NCBI GenBank assembly: GCA_905178155.1
Contig: CAJINV010000001.1
Span: 5,894,750 to 5,958,749 of the forward strand
Reading direction: 5' to 3'
DNA: 64,000 nucleotides
DNA from: Amoebophrya sp. A120
Taxonomy: Eukaryota; Protista; Dinoflagellata
The translations under genes and the position numbers were made by a program. This document shows, piece by piece, positions 24,281 to 37,518 of the stretch. The stretch's first letter is position 1; each line of letters opens with the position of its first letter. Below the pieces are notes generated by a model. That model saw only the letters and a list, made by a program, of their open reading frames with translations. It was not told where the DNA came from and did no database searches.

Positions 24281-27200
24281 ATGTCCTTCGTTCGGAGTGC
24301 AGTAATACAGTCGACCTCAACCGCCCCGACCGCGAGGCCCGGAGCGGATGTAGCGTCACACACTCTCTCGCCGACGCCTGCAGCCAGTAGTGCCACAGCC
24401 TCGCCAGAACGTCAGGGCCCCTGCTTTCCAAGCACAACGTCGACCCTTATTCCGCGCGCTTTGGGAAGATGGAGCGACAAATCAAGAACAACCTGCACTG
24501 GTCGAGAACGCACTTGGTTCGCTGCGGCACTATCCTGCGCCCCGCTGGTGGAGACGGTCCGCACAGCGGTTGGAAATTTTTGCGTCGCCGAGATGCAGCA
24601 GCGTGCGAAGGGCGTTTTTTCCTCGACGCGTCTTCATTCCTTCGCACTGCCGCTGGAAATTCCTCCGCTACCCTCCGCGGGCCGGGTGGCGGTGCCACCT
24701 TTGTCGCTTCCGATCGCATGGCGCGGACGCCGTGTGCGCCCCTGGGCCGGACCGCTCAGCGATCATCCCTCCGGATTCAAATTCCGCCTTCGCCGCCGGA
24801 CAAAAAGGTGTGGCTCGCTTGTCGCCGCCTCCGTGTTTGCCTGGACAATTGTGGAGATTCGAAATCGATACAGAGATCGCTGCCTTCTCGAGAAAACCCT
24901 GGCGCACCGCCGGGAGCAGCAGAGGCGCGTGTTGGAAGAAGGCAAGAACCGGCAACTCCAGCGCAAGAACCTACTTGCAGCAACTACTATTTCGGACGCA
25001 GATTCAGATAAAATGAGGAACATCGATCATTCAGAAATAAGTCCTGTCGTCGGCGAAAGGAACAGTCATGTACTGAAAATAGCGCGGCCCATCGTCTTCG
25101 TGCCTGGATACAAAGGGTCCACGCTGCGCTCGACAAAGAGCGCACTCTCCGTGGGCTGGGGCACGGTGCCCTCGGTTTTCAAAGGGTTACTGCACCCAAA
25201 GCGCAACCTGCAGCTCGCTTGTGAGGCCGACTCCTGGGACCCAGAAACGCACACGCTCGCGACCGACGAGTTCAAACCCTCGGGGCTGGTGAAGGCCTAC
25301 CGACTTTTCGGGTTCCTCACGCTGCACCCGGGCCACACCCTCATGCAGCAGTTTTTGCGCAGGGTGGCCGAGGAGGAGAACCGAGTGTACTACGAGTTTG
25401 TGTACGACTGGCGACGTCCCGCACTGGAGATCGCGGAGCAGCTCCGACGATTCGTGGACCAGGTAACGCGTGAGCACGAGGGCAACAGGCCGGAAGTGGT
25501 CGCGCACAGCTTCGGCGCATTGCTAGTGTTGCGCTTGCTGCATGACGCCCGTTGTGAGATCATCGAAGATCATTGTTGCGCGGAGGACACCAAAACTGTT
25601 GCTCATAGCGACGAAGACAAGCCACCGAATGGCGCAGCAGGATCTTCATCTCCGAATATTAGAGTGACGCCCATTACTCCACCTAACACACCGTACGCCA
25701 GTGTGAAGTGGTCTGGCTCGCTGGGGGCAAAACACGACAACAATCCCACGCTCGTCGCAATGGATTGCTTCGTGCAAAATTATGGTCGAGAGGAGGCTCC
25801 TGCTGCAGTGAGTAGCAGTACATCAACCAAAGAGCTGTCCATCACCGGGGAATCATCGACTCCGAAGCGGGCCGGTGCTGCGGTGGAACAACCAGTGTCG
25901 GCGGTACTAAGCGTGCACTCTGCCGTACTCGTGGGACCGCCGGTACGCCTCACACCGTACTTTTTGATGGACATGCTCTACGGCGACCCCGACTTTCTTC
26001 TCGACGGCGCGACCCACTTCACCTTTCCCAGCGTGTACACCTTTTTCCCCGACAACTATTACAATGCCGAGGGGCGTTGGGTTAGTCGTCTCGGAGTGGA
26101 CAGAACGAATTTTAATAGTGTGTCTGAGGCGGGCGCGGGGAAGGTCGAGGAAAACGTAAACGTAAACGAGAGCGGCTTCTTATCAAGTCTTGAGAGAACA
26201 AGTAGACATGCTGCGGACACTGCTTCACGAGGTGCATGCGGCGAGGAAGCGAAAAGTGATTATCAGCATCCTGTTTCGTGTCGTGCCAGTGAATTTCAGC
26301 ACAAGGTGGAAGAAAAGATACTTTCGCCGATGAAGCGCGCAAATGGTAAAAATGTTGAATCCGACGGGAAAAAAACAACAGCTCCCGAGGACGACAGTGA
26401 CATCGCCCACGACACCGTGCACCAACAGCGGACCCAAACCCTTTATGATCGCTTAATCCGGGTGGGCGAAGCGTCTGGTTGCCCTGGCCTTTCGCGCTTT
26501 CTGCACGAGACACGGTCGGCTGCCTGGCTTGGCTGCTTGTCCTCGGGTATCACTGCGTTTTACGACTTCGGAAAAATATGGCGGAAGGCTGACTATAGAA
26601 AGCCTGGCGATATTTATCAGCGAGACCAAGAGCGACAAAAACAGGTTGCTGCCGTCGAAGATAATGTTCGCCCCCAGTCGTTAACAGGGAGTGCCACTGG
26701 CAGCACGTATTGCGGAACATCCCGAAGTAAAGCCCGCCAAGTCACGAATGCTAGTACCGGGAACAGTTACCACGCAAATCTGCAGTCTGGCATGCCGGGC
26801 GTTGTAGCGGAAGAGGATGACCGCATCTGCCTTGACTTCCACGAGAAGGACCTCTGGCTCAACATATCAAAGAAAACGCATAGTGCCCCACGACCAGAAG
26901 AGCGGTCTCTACTATACGCAAACTTTCTACACGAAAACTTTTTGTATCGCATGAAGGGAAACATCATGCGAGCTTCCTTTGGGAAAAACTTCTGCAATAC
27001 GGAGGAAACACTTCTTCCACGCGCTCGGGGGTGGGCACTTTTCCATATGATGCAACACGCTTGCTGTTCCGAGGCGGCTGTCCGACCCGGCCGCGGAGGA
27101 GCACTTGCGGCATTGTCTAGCGCTCGCGCGGGCCTTTTGGCAAGGGTTTTGCATCGCAGGCGAAGATATCAATTGCAAATATGTCTGGGTCTGGAAAAAT

Positions 27201-27974
27201 GCAAGTTTGTCATGCTTGTCTGGCATGACTCATAAATCTGTAATGCATGAACAGGAAAAGGGCCTCTTGCCTGTCATGCAAACACGCAGTTTGCCATGCG
27301 GATAAGGAAACACAGGAGCAGCTGAAAAATTTGTCATGCTTAGCTGCGTATTGCAGTCCGCCCACTAGTCAGATTTTAGCATCACAAGTTTCCAGACCCA
27401 GACATATTTGCATTTGATAGAAGATTCAGAAACCTCGACAAACACTTCGACTCCATTGGCCTCTGATGTCCCTGTGGCCTTTATCGTGGGGACAGGCCAC
27501 GCCACCGGGGAGACCCTGGTGTTGCTCCAAAGCGATAGAAATTCTAGTTGTACAGCTTTTAGCAAAGCTGTTGACCACGACAGCTCAGGAACTACATCTT
27601 GGTCTTCTGACTTTGAAGACATTATCGACACAAGTGCCACAACATGCTGGAGTACTGTTGCTTTAGATGTTGAAAAGTCGTCGTATAATAACACGAGCGG
27701 GACCTGCTCCGACGATCGTGGCCACAACTTTTGGTTGTACGGCAGCCCTGCTCTGGTCCCAGGCGACGGTCGGTTACCAGCAAACAGGATCCTACCTCAG
27801 TTCCGGCCTGAAGAATCCAATACAGATAGAAGCTTTATTACTGCTAGTTGTGCTCGGAGAAATTTATTACGTACGCTTGAAAGCTCACCTGTGTACGAAA
27901 CGCGAAACACTCACAGCACTATGCTGAATGACCTTGAAGTTCTGAATGAAGCGATGATGCACGTAGGCATGTGA
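24281..27974 (+). CDS. LCAT/phospholipase-like alpha/beta hydrolase; exons approx 24281-26864, 27058-27166, 27425-27974
   Basis: IVFVPGYKGS, FVYDWR, nucleophile motif VVAHSFG, C-terminal PGDGRLP and H..MLND; frame restored by removing two elements. Confidence 0.75.
26865..27052. mobile_element. Degenerate TIR introner hidden inside an open reading frame
   Basis: Direct repeat CAACA at 26860-26864 and 27053-27057; TATCAAAG...AGTGCCCCAC / GTGGGCACTTTTCCATATGATG; join WLN|TLAVPRRLSDPAAEEHLRHCLALARAFW. Confidence 0.7.
27167..27419. mobile_element. TIR introner, family B
   Basis: Family B TIR; direct repeat GAAGA. Confidence 0.95.
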
Positions 27975-29074
27975 CCTGCCGAGATGACAACTTTCACGAC
28001 TCCCGATTGTATAGCCTTACCTGAGTCCCCCGTAATTGTAGGTTTCTGTTTTTTCGACATCAAATTGAATGAATCAATCTCCCATGTGACATAAACCCAG
28101 GCCGTGGACTACCATTCATAGTGTAGCCGTGCTGCTTTGACTTTGGTTCCTTACTTTCGTGTATTAGAACAACCGATGTAGTTACGAGTTTCTAATAGTA
28201 GATCCGTATCTCTTGACGTTTACTTGAAACAGAACAACGCAGATATTCGACGTATTTTGATTTAGCGATTCAGCTACTGTCTAGAACGAGGGACTAGCAG
28301 AACTAGGTCATGAAATGAATCTCGCCCGTGTAGCATTCTCGATTTGATTCTTGATTCTAGTTGCTAGCTTTGCCTTCGTTTTGGCAAAAGCATGATGTGT
28401 TTATGGGTTCGTGTTCGAATTTTCTTTGATACGAAAGTTTTTTTCACAAATAAGATACAATTCTAAATCAAATGTTGTTTTTTCTTTGAAGGTCGTCGCT
28501 TGCTACTCTTCAATTGAAGAGACCGCGCATGATACTCAAAAAAAAGATAACAGGGACTACTTTTCTACACATATCTTTTCGTGTAATATAGGCCGACGGG
28601 TGCAGTAGATGCAGCCTGGCGACGATCGCCATTTCAGTCTAATGCGTGGCGAGTAGTTCTTTAATATCCGGACATTAGTACACCTACACCGGTGACGAGG
28701 CGGGACCTTTGAGGCGCTCTCACCACTTCGGAGGCCAGTAAATCCAACCCAGCTCGTTCTGGTATCGACGGCCCAAGAACCACGGAAATCCACCCGGGCG
28801 TGCTATCCTCCCGAAGAACACTTTGATTTTTTCTGCCGCAAGTTGTACGCATTACTACTGTCCTTCTAAGTACTAACTTGGAATAAAGAAGTTCTTCTTT
28901 GCGGAGCCTTGCGGCGGGGTTAATGTCCGAGTTGTAAATCGCGATTCACCTGAGAGCTGGTCAACATAACGGAAGTACTCCTGTCCACCGCCTTGCCAAA
29001 AAAGCAGGACAAGTGCTGTGAGTCGCGCGCCATTCTCCACCTCACGGCCCACCTGAGACGACGGGTACGGCAAT

Positions 29075-32000
29075 ATGACCACGGACGTGCAGAATCAGGT
29101 TTCCGAGCTGCTGCAGTTTTTCCAGCAGCCGCGGAATAGCACGGTGCGCGTTGTTTTTGATAAAGTTAAAGCTTGTCGTTCGACTAATGGGATGAAATCG
29201 CATGAAGGCACAGCACCTCGATTGGTTCTTGCTTTCGTTCAAAATTGTCTTTCCGCTTGTCTTGTCTCTCTACAAACTGCATGATTGGTTGAATGCAGGT
29301 TGGTAATTTCTACTGCGTAGTACTAGTCTGATGTCGATGAAGATTCAAGGCAATGGTCGCGGAATGAAAGAAGTAGAAGCGTATCAACGAAGGGAATTCG
29401 ATCGTGATGAGGAACAACGTTCGGATCTAAAAAATAACTCCACGCGTGTTAAAAATTTTTGCAGGTGAAAAATGTGTTATGCCACCTGCTAGGTGGGGCG
29501 TCGCGTAGTAACGAGACAGACGGCGCCTCCTCGGCAGATGCAGAAACCGGCACGGAAATAACTGCAGTGGATCATGGAACAGATTCAGCTGCGAACAATG
29601 CATCTTCTTCGTCAGTTGCGCAGTTGGTCGAGCTTTTGCGTCAAGCCAGCAGCGAGGTCGCGACCTCTCCGCCGCGGGGAGGACATCTTCAAGGTGAACA
29701 GCAAGCCCGCTCGCTGGACATCCCAAGCCACATGACCACTGCGGCCGCAGGAACAAAAAACGGATTTATTTCACCGCCACAGACCGGCAGGAGCGGTTCT
29801 TCTCCGGGCTCTTGTGCTGGGACGAATGTTGCGGAGAGGAAAGAAAAGTCGTCTTCTCCGCCCTCGCGAAGTAAAGCTGGTGCTTCTACTCCTGGGCACC
29901 AGGCTCATAGTCAACAAGCTTTGCCGCCGATGCTTTACTATCCCGATGGATCCCCGAGCACGGACCGCAGCCAGAGCCCGCCGCGCGAGGACGGCGCGGC
30001 CGTCGCCAGCAATGGCTCCACGCCGAACGCCCCCAATCTGTTTTTCAAAAACCTCGACGGAACTGGAGATTTTTATGGCAGAAACAGGAATGCATATCAT
30101 GATCATGGAGCAGGAGCAAACAAGCAGCTCGGAGGTGGTCCCATCATGCTGCAGGGGCCGCGCCCGCCGCGGGGAGGACCCGTGGCGAATGCCGGTGGCA
30201 ATAGCGCGCAGTACTGCCCGCCGAACCAGCGGGGCGGCTCCTACTCCCATCCACAGGGTACTATTCCTATCGACCGGGCGGGGAACCACAACATACAGTC
30301 AAGCGTTCGGGACCACAACATGCGTCCGCATCCGCTTTCCGTCAATGAAGATGAAGGCTGGAATCGTCGTGACTTTGACCACCGAGAGTCGCATCATGAT
30401 CCTCGTCGTCGCACCAGTGAGGATTATGGCGGCAGCCGAAGTTACAGCGGTAACCACTACAGTAACGGCGCTTCTTCAAGAACCCCTGGCAGCTTTGCAC
30501 CAACAGGCAGAACAAGCGGCGTGCCGCCCAGGGATCATCCGGAATGCAGAGTATCGGAGTGAATACAGAAGTTGTTGTGTACATTCGCAGGCAAAGGCAT
30601 ACTCACAAAAAAAAAAAAGTAGTTGTCATGTTGCGGCAAATAAAGCCCGAAATTTGCAACATTTATGTGCTGACTGCTTCGATGACACATTGACTTACTT
30701 TTCCAGCCAATATCAGTATCACGACCACCGAGCAGACTCTGGCTTCTATTCTGCGCATTCGACCCCGGCGTCGGCCAACTCTTCCTCCTACGGGCACAGC
30801 ACCAGTAACAACCCCACCTCGCGAGGATCCGGATCGAGCACAAATAACCATGCATCGGATCGGTCGCGCGCTCGGCTCTTCGGCCCTTTCTCGCATCAAC
30901 ATGACCGGAACCACGAGCAGGGCGGCGTGTGGCCCTCTTCTGAGACCCTGCAGCAGGCCGAGCAACGGTGGATGCAGCAGCGCGCGGCGCACGGTGCGGT
31001 ACTTCTGCAGGAAACAAGCAGGACCGGTGCCCGGCGACGCAGTCTGGAGGATCGTTTTTTTCAGCCAGTGGCCATTACAGCACGCGATCACCCCGCCGAT
31101 CATGGCGGTAGCAGAACAGGTTCGTCCGCAGCCGCACCGCAGAACTACCACCGAGCTCAGGGATTGCGGAAAAATAGTGTGGAGCTGCTGTACAGCGAAT
31201 ACTTGATTGTTTCTTTCGGTGGGGCATATGCATATGGATGGATGCATTCACTTCTGCATTGCGGATGCTCTTTCTTTGCTGCGACAGGCAGCATCCGATT
31301 CTTGTCTCGTCATAAATAGTGAATGATCTACATCTTCTACTTTATCAGTGAAATACAGAAATGGAGTTCTTCTAAAACTATAGCAACCCGCAAGCCATGG
31401 CGAAGCAAGCACGGCGGCAGATCGAGAATGCGGTCATGACCTGCTACGATCAAGTGCCCAGCACATCGCGGAAATGGAGTATGTTCCTGCAACTACTCAC
31501 CACGCTGAGCTCGGCTGAGCTCGACGAGCTGGCCTACCAGCTCCGGATGGATCGCCGCGCGCCGCTTCCGGACGGCGTCTCGCGCACTTCGAACAACTCG
31601 CTCGACTGCGAGTACTGATTTTTACATTCTCAGAAAATATGTGTATTTCTTGTTTGGGTACTACATGATTTTTTCAATTTGCCGCCTAGCTCTGCGTGGC
31701 GTTGAAAGTAAAAAGAATAGCGCTGCAGTCGGTACCTCCAGCGTGAATGCATCAGGGAACATGTTGTTGCATCCCCATCACCTTTACATACAGCGACAAT
31801 CCACTGCCCCGTCTCAAGGATTTTCCGGAGGACTCCAATTATCCGGGCACAAGTGTGATGGTGCGGAACATTATCCATGCAAAATTCATTTGACACGATT
31901 CGTCCACATCCCATCAGTCATGAATGTATGAAGACTGTCGCTGTCCTCGGTAGAAAAAACTGTCTGACGGCATGTTGACGAGTCTGTGAAAGTCGCAAGT

Positions 32001-34692
32001 TTACATATTCACACGACGTTGTTTTTTATGTTTTTGCAGTATGTTGGATTTCTTACTTGTCGGAACATCGTGGCTCTGTGGCTTCGAACGCGTTGAATGA
32101 GAATTTTGCTGTGATCCCCCTCCCAAACCGATTGTCGCCGAACATGCTTCTGAATCTGTTGTTTTCGAACAACATCGTGCGTGGCGAGCCGGCTTTTGCT
32201 TCGCTGTTTTCGGGACCCTCACTGGTGGGCTGCTTCGAGCTGGGGGATGGGTACTTATTTTATCAGTTCTAGCCATTTTATCTATCGCTTTCTTCTACTG
32301 GAGTGGTTGCAGCGCCGCGCGATGAAAGTTGTCTTCAAGCTTGAAACTATTTTCAGACTTGTGTACCACGGACGGATGGTAGAACCACACAGTGATACGT
32401 ACAAAAAGAAAAGAGTACGATATTTCTAAAACCAGGCCGAGTCTGTTGGAGGACGAGGGCGGAGAAGTGGCCGCTCAAATTGCGGGCATGCGTAACGCGA
32501 ACGACGACGCAGATGATGTACTTTTTGTTCTATTTTGCCATACTAGTTAACAGTGATGTCATTGTCAGTCCAAATCCCGCTTGAATCGAACACCATCAAC
32601 ATGAGCATCCGTGATTTATGTCTGGTATCATGAAGAGTTCCTTTGACCTCCGTTGATAATAAGAGCGCCTCCTTCTGCACTGATGAACTACAAATTTTCT
32701 GTTGCTATTTCACACATTATTTACACAGTAACCATACGTGCCTCTTTACCTAGGTAAACAATTTTCTGGAGACGAAGAATCCGAAAACGCGAGCGGATTA
32801 CGAGGACCTCCGGATGCGTCACGAGGTGGAACGGAAGCGATTCGACTGGAGCGAGCGCATCGAGCGGTCCCGCGTCGACCCAGCCTTTCAGACGGAGCCG
32901 GCCGAAAAGATTTTGATGGGCCCGTGGAGCAAAGAGAACACCGTCGTCCATGCCGTCTCTCAGCAGCTAGATCCCGTGGTGGCGCAATTTGTCGACTTCT
33001 TTGACCTGCCACAGAACCTGCGCGGTAAGACTTGTTTGCCTGTATTTTTATCCTTCTTTCTTCGAATGACACTAGCTACCGAGGAGTTCTCACCTGCTGC
33101 GTTCCGAAAACGGACGCTGCGCTAGTGCGACGAAGGGAGATTTTCGCCGCCATCCTTGTCTAAGTTAAGTAGCACGATTCGTCTGACATCTTTATCATTT
33201 ATTTCTGCCACTGCAGGAAAGTTAAAGTATCAACGAATCCCCCTTGGAGCATCTGTAGCAAAAACCAAAAAAAAAAATGAATCTACAAATCCAGGCGTGA
33301 ATCTCGGCTACGCGTTTTTGCACTTTCGGAGCCGCAAGATTGCAGCGCGGTTCACGGAGCTCTTGAATGGGATGCGGTGTCCGGGGAAGAGCGTGAAGCG
33401 CCTCGAGATGATATTGCAAGGAAAAATCCCCCCTCCCCATATTGAAAACGCATCCGTTTGAAAATTTGTGATGCAGATTTGCAACCACAAATCGCACCTG
33501 TCTTGCAGGAAGCCAAGCGCAGGCTGTCCGCCACGTTGTGCAGGCGATTTGTAATGCTGTAAGGACTACCGGGCAGCCGTCTACCATGCTATGCGCCTAC
33601 ACCAAAAGGCCCCTACTTAGGCTTGCGACCTGCGTGCAGTCCTAGCATTGCAAGACAAGTCTGATTTGTGTATGCAAATCCAGCATCACAGATTTCCTGT
33701 TCGATATGGGGAGGGGAGATCTTCCCTTTTGATAGATGATGGTGACGACGGCGCGTCGTATCCCCTTTATGGATGGCATGCGGCTGCAAGAGGTGAATAT
33801 CCAGGAAAAAAACTGTGTAAGTGTAACTTTGTAGGAAGAGCAGCATCACAAATTCGTTTTGCATTACAGAAAGAACCTGTCATGCGCGGATAGTACGTGA
33901 AAACACGTATGAAACACGTCTATGACGCACTTCCAGCATGACAAGCGTAACTGTTTTGCATTTTTTGCATCACAGATTTACATCACTTACACAGTTTTTT
34001 TCTTGCATAGTGAAGCCGACGCGTACAATGTTTTGGTTCGACGAGGAACGGTATCAAATGCAGAAACGTCTGGGTCTGGAAGAATGCATGTTTGTCATGC
34101 TTGTCTGGCATGACTCGAGAATTTGTGTTGCCTAGGCACGAAAAGGCCCTCTTGCCTGTCATGCAAAAACGCAGTTTGCCATGCGGAATACGTAAGACAT
34201 GGCAGCCAGAAAATTTGTCATGCATAGGTGCGTATTGCAGTGCGTCTATCATTCACTTTTAGCATTACAAGTTTCCAGACCCAGACACATTTGCAATCCA
34301 TAAACGATTTCCGGACATTCTGGCCGAGTCCATGTTCTGTTTGAAGCGACAATCGAACGTCATATCAAATGCAAAAATGTCTGGGTCTGGAAGAGTCGGG
34401 GCTTGCCATGCACATTTTGCATGACCCGTGAGGTCCGTGATGCTGGTGCTAGCATCACAGATTTTTTGAGAGCTTCTTGATGCTAATTACGCATGAGAAA
34501 TGCCCTCACCGCGTGCCAACAACTGACTCCTCTAGCTGCTCATGCAACACAGATATTTTTAGAATCCGCAGACAGCATTACAAGTCCCAACCTTCCAGAC
34601 CCAGACATATTTGCAATCCATACGTCAGCTCACACAACAACTCGCTCAACCGTCGCGCCCAGTATCCCGGGCCCACCGGCCGGGGCTGGTAA
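29075..34692 (+). CDS. Multi-exon RNA-binding protein with a C-terminal RRM resembling Mei2 RRM3 and a long low-complexity N-terminus
   Basis: After splicing 33025-33294: FVDFFDLPQNLRGVNLGYAFLHFRS (RNP1-like, similar to Mei2 YDFLYLP...NxGYAFINF). Four introners in the 3' part. Middle exon boundaries are approximate. Confidence 0.6.
33412..33734. mobile_element. TIR introner, family F
   Basis: TATTGCAAGGAAAAATCCCCCTCCCCATAT / ATATGGGGAGGGGAGATCTTCCCTTTTGATA; direct repeat GATGA. Confidence 0.92.
33798..34009. mobile_element. TIR introner, family G (inverted relative to 21157 and 52768)
   Basis: TATCCAGGAAAAAACTGTGTAAGTG; direct repeat GTGAA. Confidence 0.93.
34052..34302. mobile_element. TIR introner, family B
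   Basis: Family B TIR; flanks AACGG/AACGA. Confidence 0.93.
34363..34622. mobile_element. TIR introner, family B
   Basis: Family B TIR; direct repeat CGTCA. Confidence 0.95.
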
Positions 34693-37518
34693 ACAGGGCG
34701 ACGCGGACCTAGAATTCAATGGTATGATCGACGAACTTGAAGATGATCTGCTCTTCCTCTTGTTTGTGGCAAAGAAAAATGATTCGTACCGCAGTACTGT
34801 ACATTTTCGTCGGTACGCGAAAGATGCCGAAGCTGCGTATAGGTTCGGCCTGGTCAGCTTTGAGTTGTCCTCGGAGCTGATTATATTAGATATCAACATT
34901 CAATATAAAAAAGTTAGGATACTGTACTATTTGAATCTGCAAGAAGCGAGCCTTGCATTTTTTTTTTGTGTGTCACAAGAACCGGGCCTGGAAGTAATTA
35001 TAGCCTAGATGTGCTGCCAAGTAGATTCTCTTCACTAGAAGGACTCAGCACTTTCTCCAACTTCAATTTCACGTATCTGCGCATGATAGATTTAGGTACT
35101 GGTTGCAAAAGAAAGACCGACTGCTACGCCGACTGATACGTTCGATCAAACTTCGGTTGCATCTTATTTCTTCGCAGATCCAACTGCTACACTTCTATCT
35201 TGCAGAGCCTTCTTCACTAAACACAGCACCTGAGTGCGCAGTACAGATGCTGTAGTCACAGAGGAAGGATTGATTGGTGATGCAAGTGCAGCACAAAATA
35301 CGATATGCGCACGATGAATATCTAACGTTTCGAAATAGATACGAAAGCAAGCGTACTTTTTTAGAAAAGGCTCTACCTTCCTCGGTTTTTTTTTCGTTTC
35401 GATTTGTAGCTCTCGTTACACCAGCTACGAAAAACAGCCTCACACGGGGATTCATTGGAATAGCCAGCTGCTACACGATGGTTGCAGTTTTTTTTCGAAT
35501 AGCAATCATGTGCACCATTTTAGCGTAGGATTACGCACAACGAGGACGACCACTGAGAATTTATTTTCCGCAATAAAGTTAGTAGTTAGTAATAGGAATA
35601 CCTATACCACTTAAATCAGTACGAGTACTTTTTTTTTCGATTTTAGCCTTGGTCTTGGAGGACGACGAGGAGGAAAGCAACAAATCGCACCGACGAATCT
35701 ACCGCATAGGGTGGCGAGCTAGGGTGTCTGGCTGCCGCGCACGGCGTGGGAGTTCGCAGGGTAGGCTGGCTGCTGTGCTGAGCCCGGCAAACCTGACCGC
35801 GTCACGTGGGGCGACAGCTCTTTGCTATATCTCTAGGCTATATGTCCACGGTTATTTTTTGCCTTCTTCTGCTACACACTTATAGCGAGGATCTGGATCG
35901 ATTGATCGAAGCACTCCGCGCACAATTTTGCCGGCCCCGCTATCTGCTGATAGATGCACTCAGACGCAGGAGGCGTCTACTTGCCTACTATCTGAGTTAG
36001 TTATCCTGTAGCTGAGATCGTGCAGAGCTTTGCTACGAGTACTAAGATCTATCAGATTTCTCTACTGGTTGGTTTCTATCCCCTTAGTCAAGTTTTTAGC
36101 TATTTTTTCAACCCCGAATGGAAGGCAAAGGTAAAGCGAGCGACCTCTGTGTAGCTGGAATATGCAGGCTGTGGCAAATGATAAATATTTTTTTCTAGTA
36201 ATATCAAACCTACTAAAACGTCGACGAGTTGAAGTCTCAACCTCAATCGATATTTCTTCAAATTTCTTCCATACTTGAGAACAACAACCGTCTGCCTATG
36301 TATGGTTTTATCTTTCAAACAGTCACAAAAAATCCTTGTTGTCACAACAGTTTTGGAAGCAATAAAAATAAATCCGAAAGACATATAACGTTTCACCTCT
36401 GTCTGCGAGAAACTCACTTATCTAACTTCTCAAGAGCCAACCGTTAAAAATTATGCTGCGAATATCATCGGTTGAGTCGAGAGAGGCAAAGTAGATGTTT
36501 TCAGAAAGCAACAATGCAAATAAACAGCAAATTTGAATATGTGTAGGTTGGTATTTTCCCATAAAAAGTCATTGAGACTTTTGGTCTACTCAATGCCCAA
36601 AAACAGCGAAATCGTCATTTTGACATCGTGTGCCGCGTGCGGACGCGTTCCTCAGAGCATCTCAAACTACTAACTTAGATCTCTTGCACGACACGCGGCG
36701 CAAGTACGTGAGATCGATGCCTTTTTTCGACGAGTCTTATTATTTTGTACCCCGGTTTACTTCTAGTTTTACATCTTAGCTTCACACACTAGTGGGAGTG
36801 CCACTGATAATCGCTACTTTTTGGGAAACTGAGATAGACCAACATGAATCTAAATTTTGGGCCTTGGGAGTCCAGTTTCCGTATTGTTTCGGAATGCATG
36901 TCTTAATGACAGAGACAATGTCTTCGCAGGCACGCGCTTTTGCTCTGAAAAACTGCCGCGCATTTTGTTCACGCTAAGAAAAAGGCGGGGGGGAGAAACA
37001 AAAGGAGTGGATGCAAAGTAAAAGCATCAAAAAAAGACGAGATGAAATATACTGCACAACCGAACTACCAAGGAAAAGGAAGAACGATCCTCCGACATGT
37101 TTGAAGGGAAAAGAGGGAAGGGTTGATAGACATAGATCAATATGTGCTGGGACAGACATTTCATCACTCGTCGGTACATCGGTGTCGTTTTCGGAAGAAC
37201 AAATAAAGGGATCTGAGGGCCGTAAGGCGGCTGCTTTCGGGAGTACTTATTCTCCCTAGTGCAGCCTTGGTTCTTTGTTTTCGGGACGTGGGAAGTGTCG
37301 TGGGTGTCTTCGTCCTCGTTTCTGCAGCCGAATGAAAGATTAAGATATGATAATTTCTATATCGGTCTCGCATACTCCTTGTCGCGCGACCGTCGCATGG
37401 TTAGCACTGGTTTAGCTTTTCGTTCGCTTGATTGCGGAAAACGAGCCACATGATTTTTTACTGACACAGCAGCTATTAGGAAAAATAAATACATATTAGC
37501 AACGAAAAAGCAATAAAG

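Noticed and set aside
34693-37518. Short ORFs in the long intergenic region
   Set aside because: AT-rich, no coding-like codon bias, no recognisable domains or consistent splice pattern.
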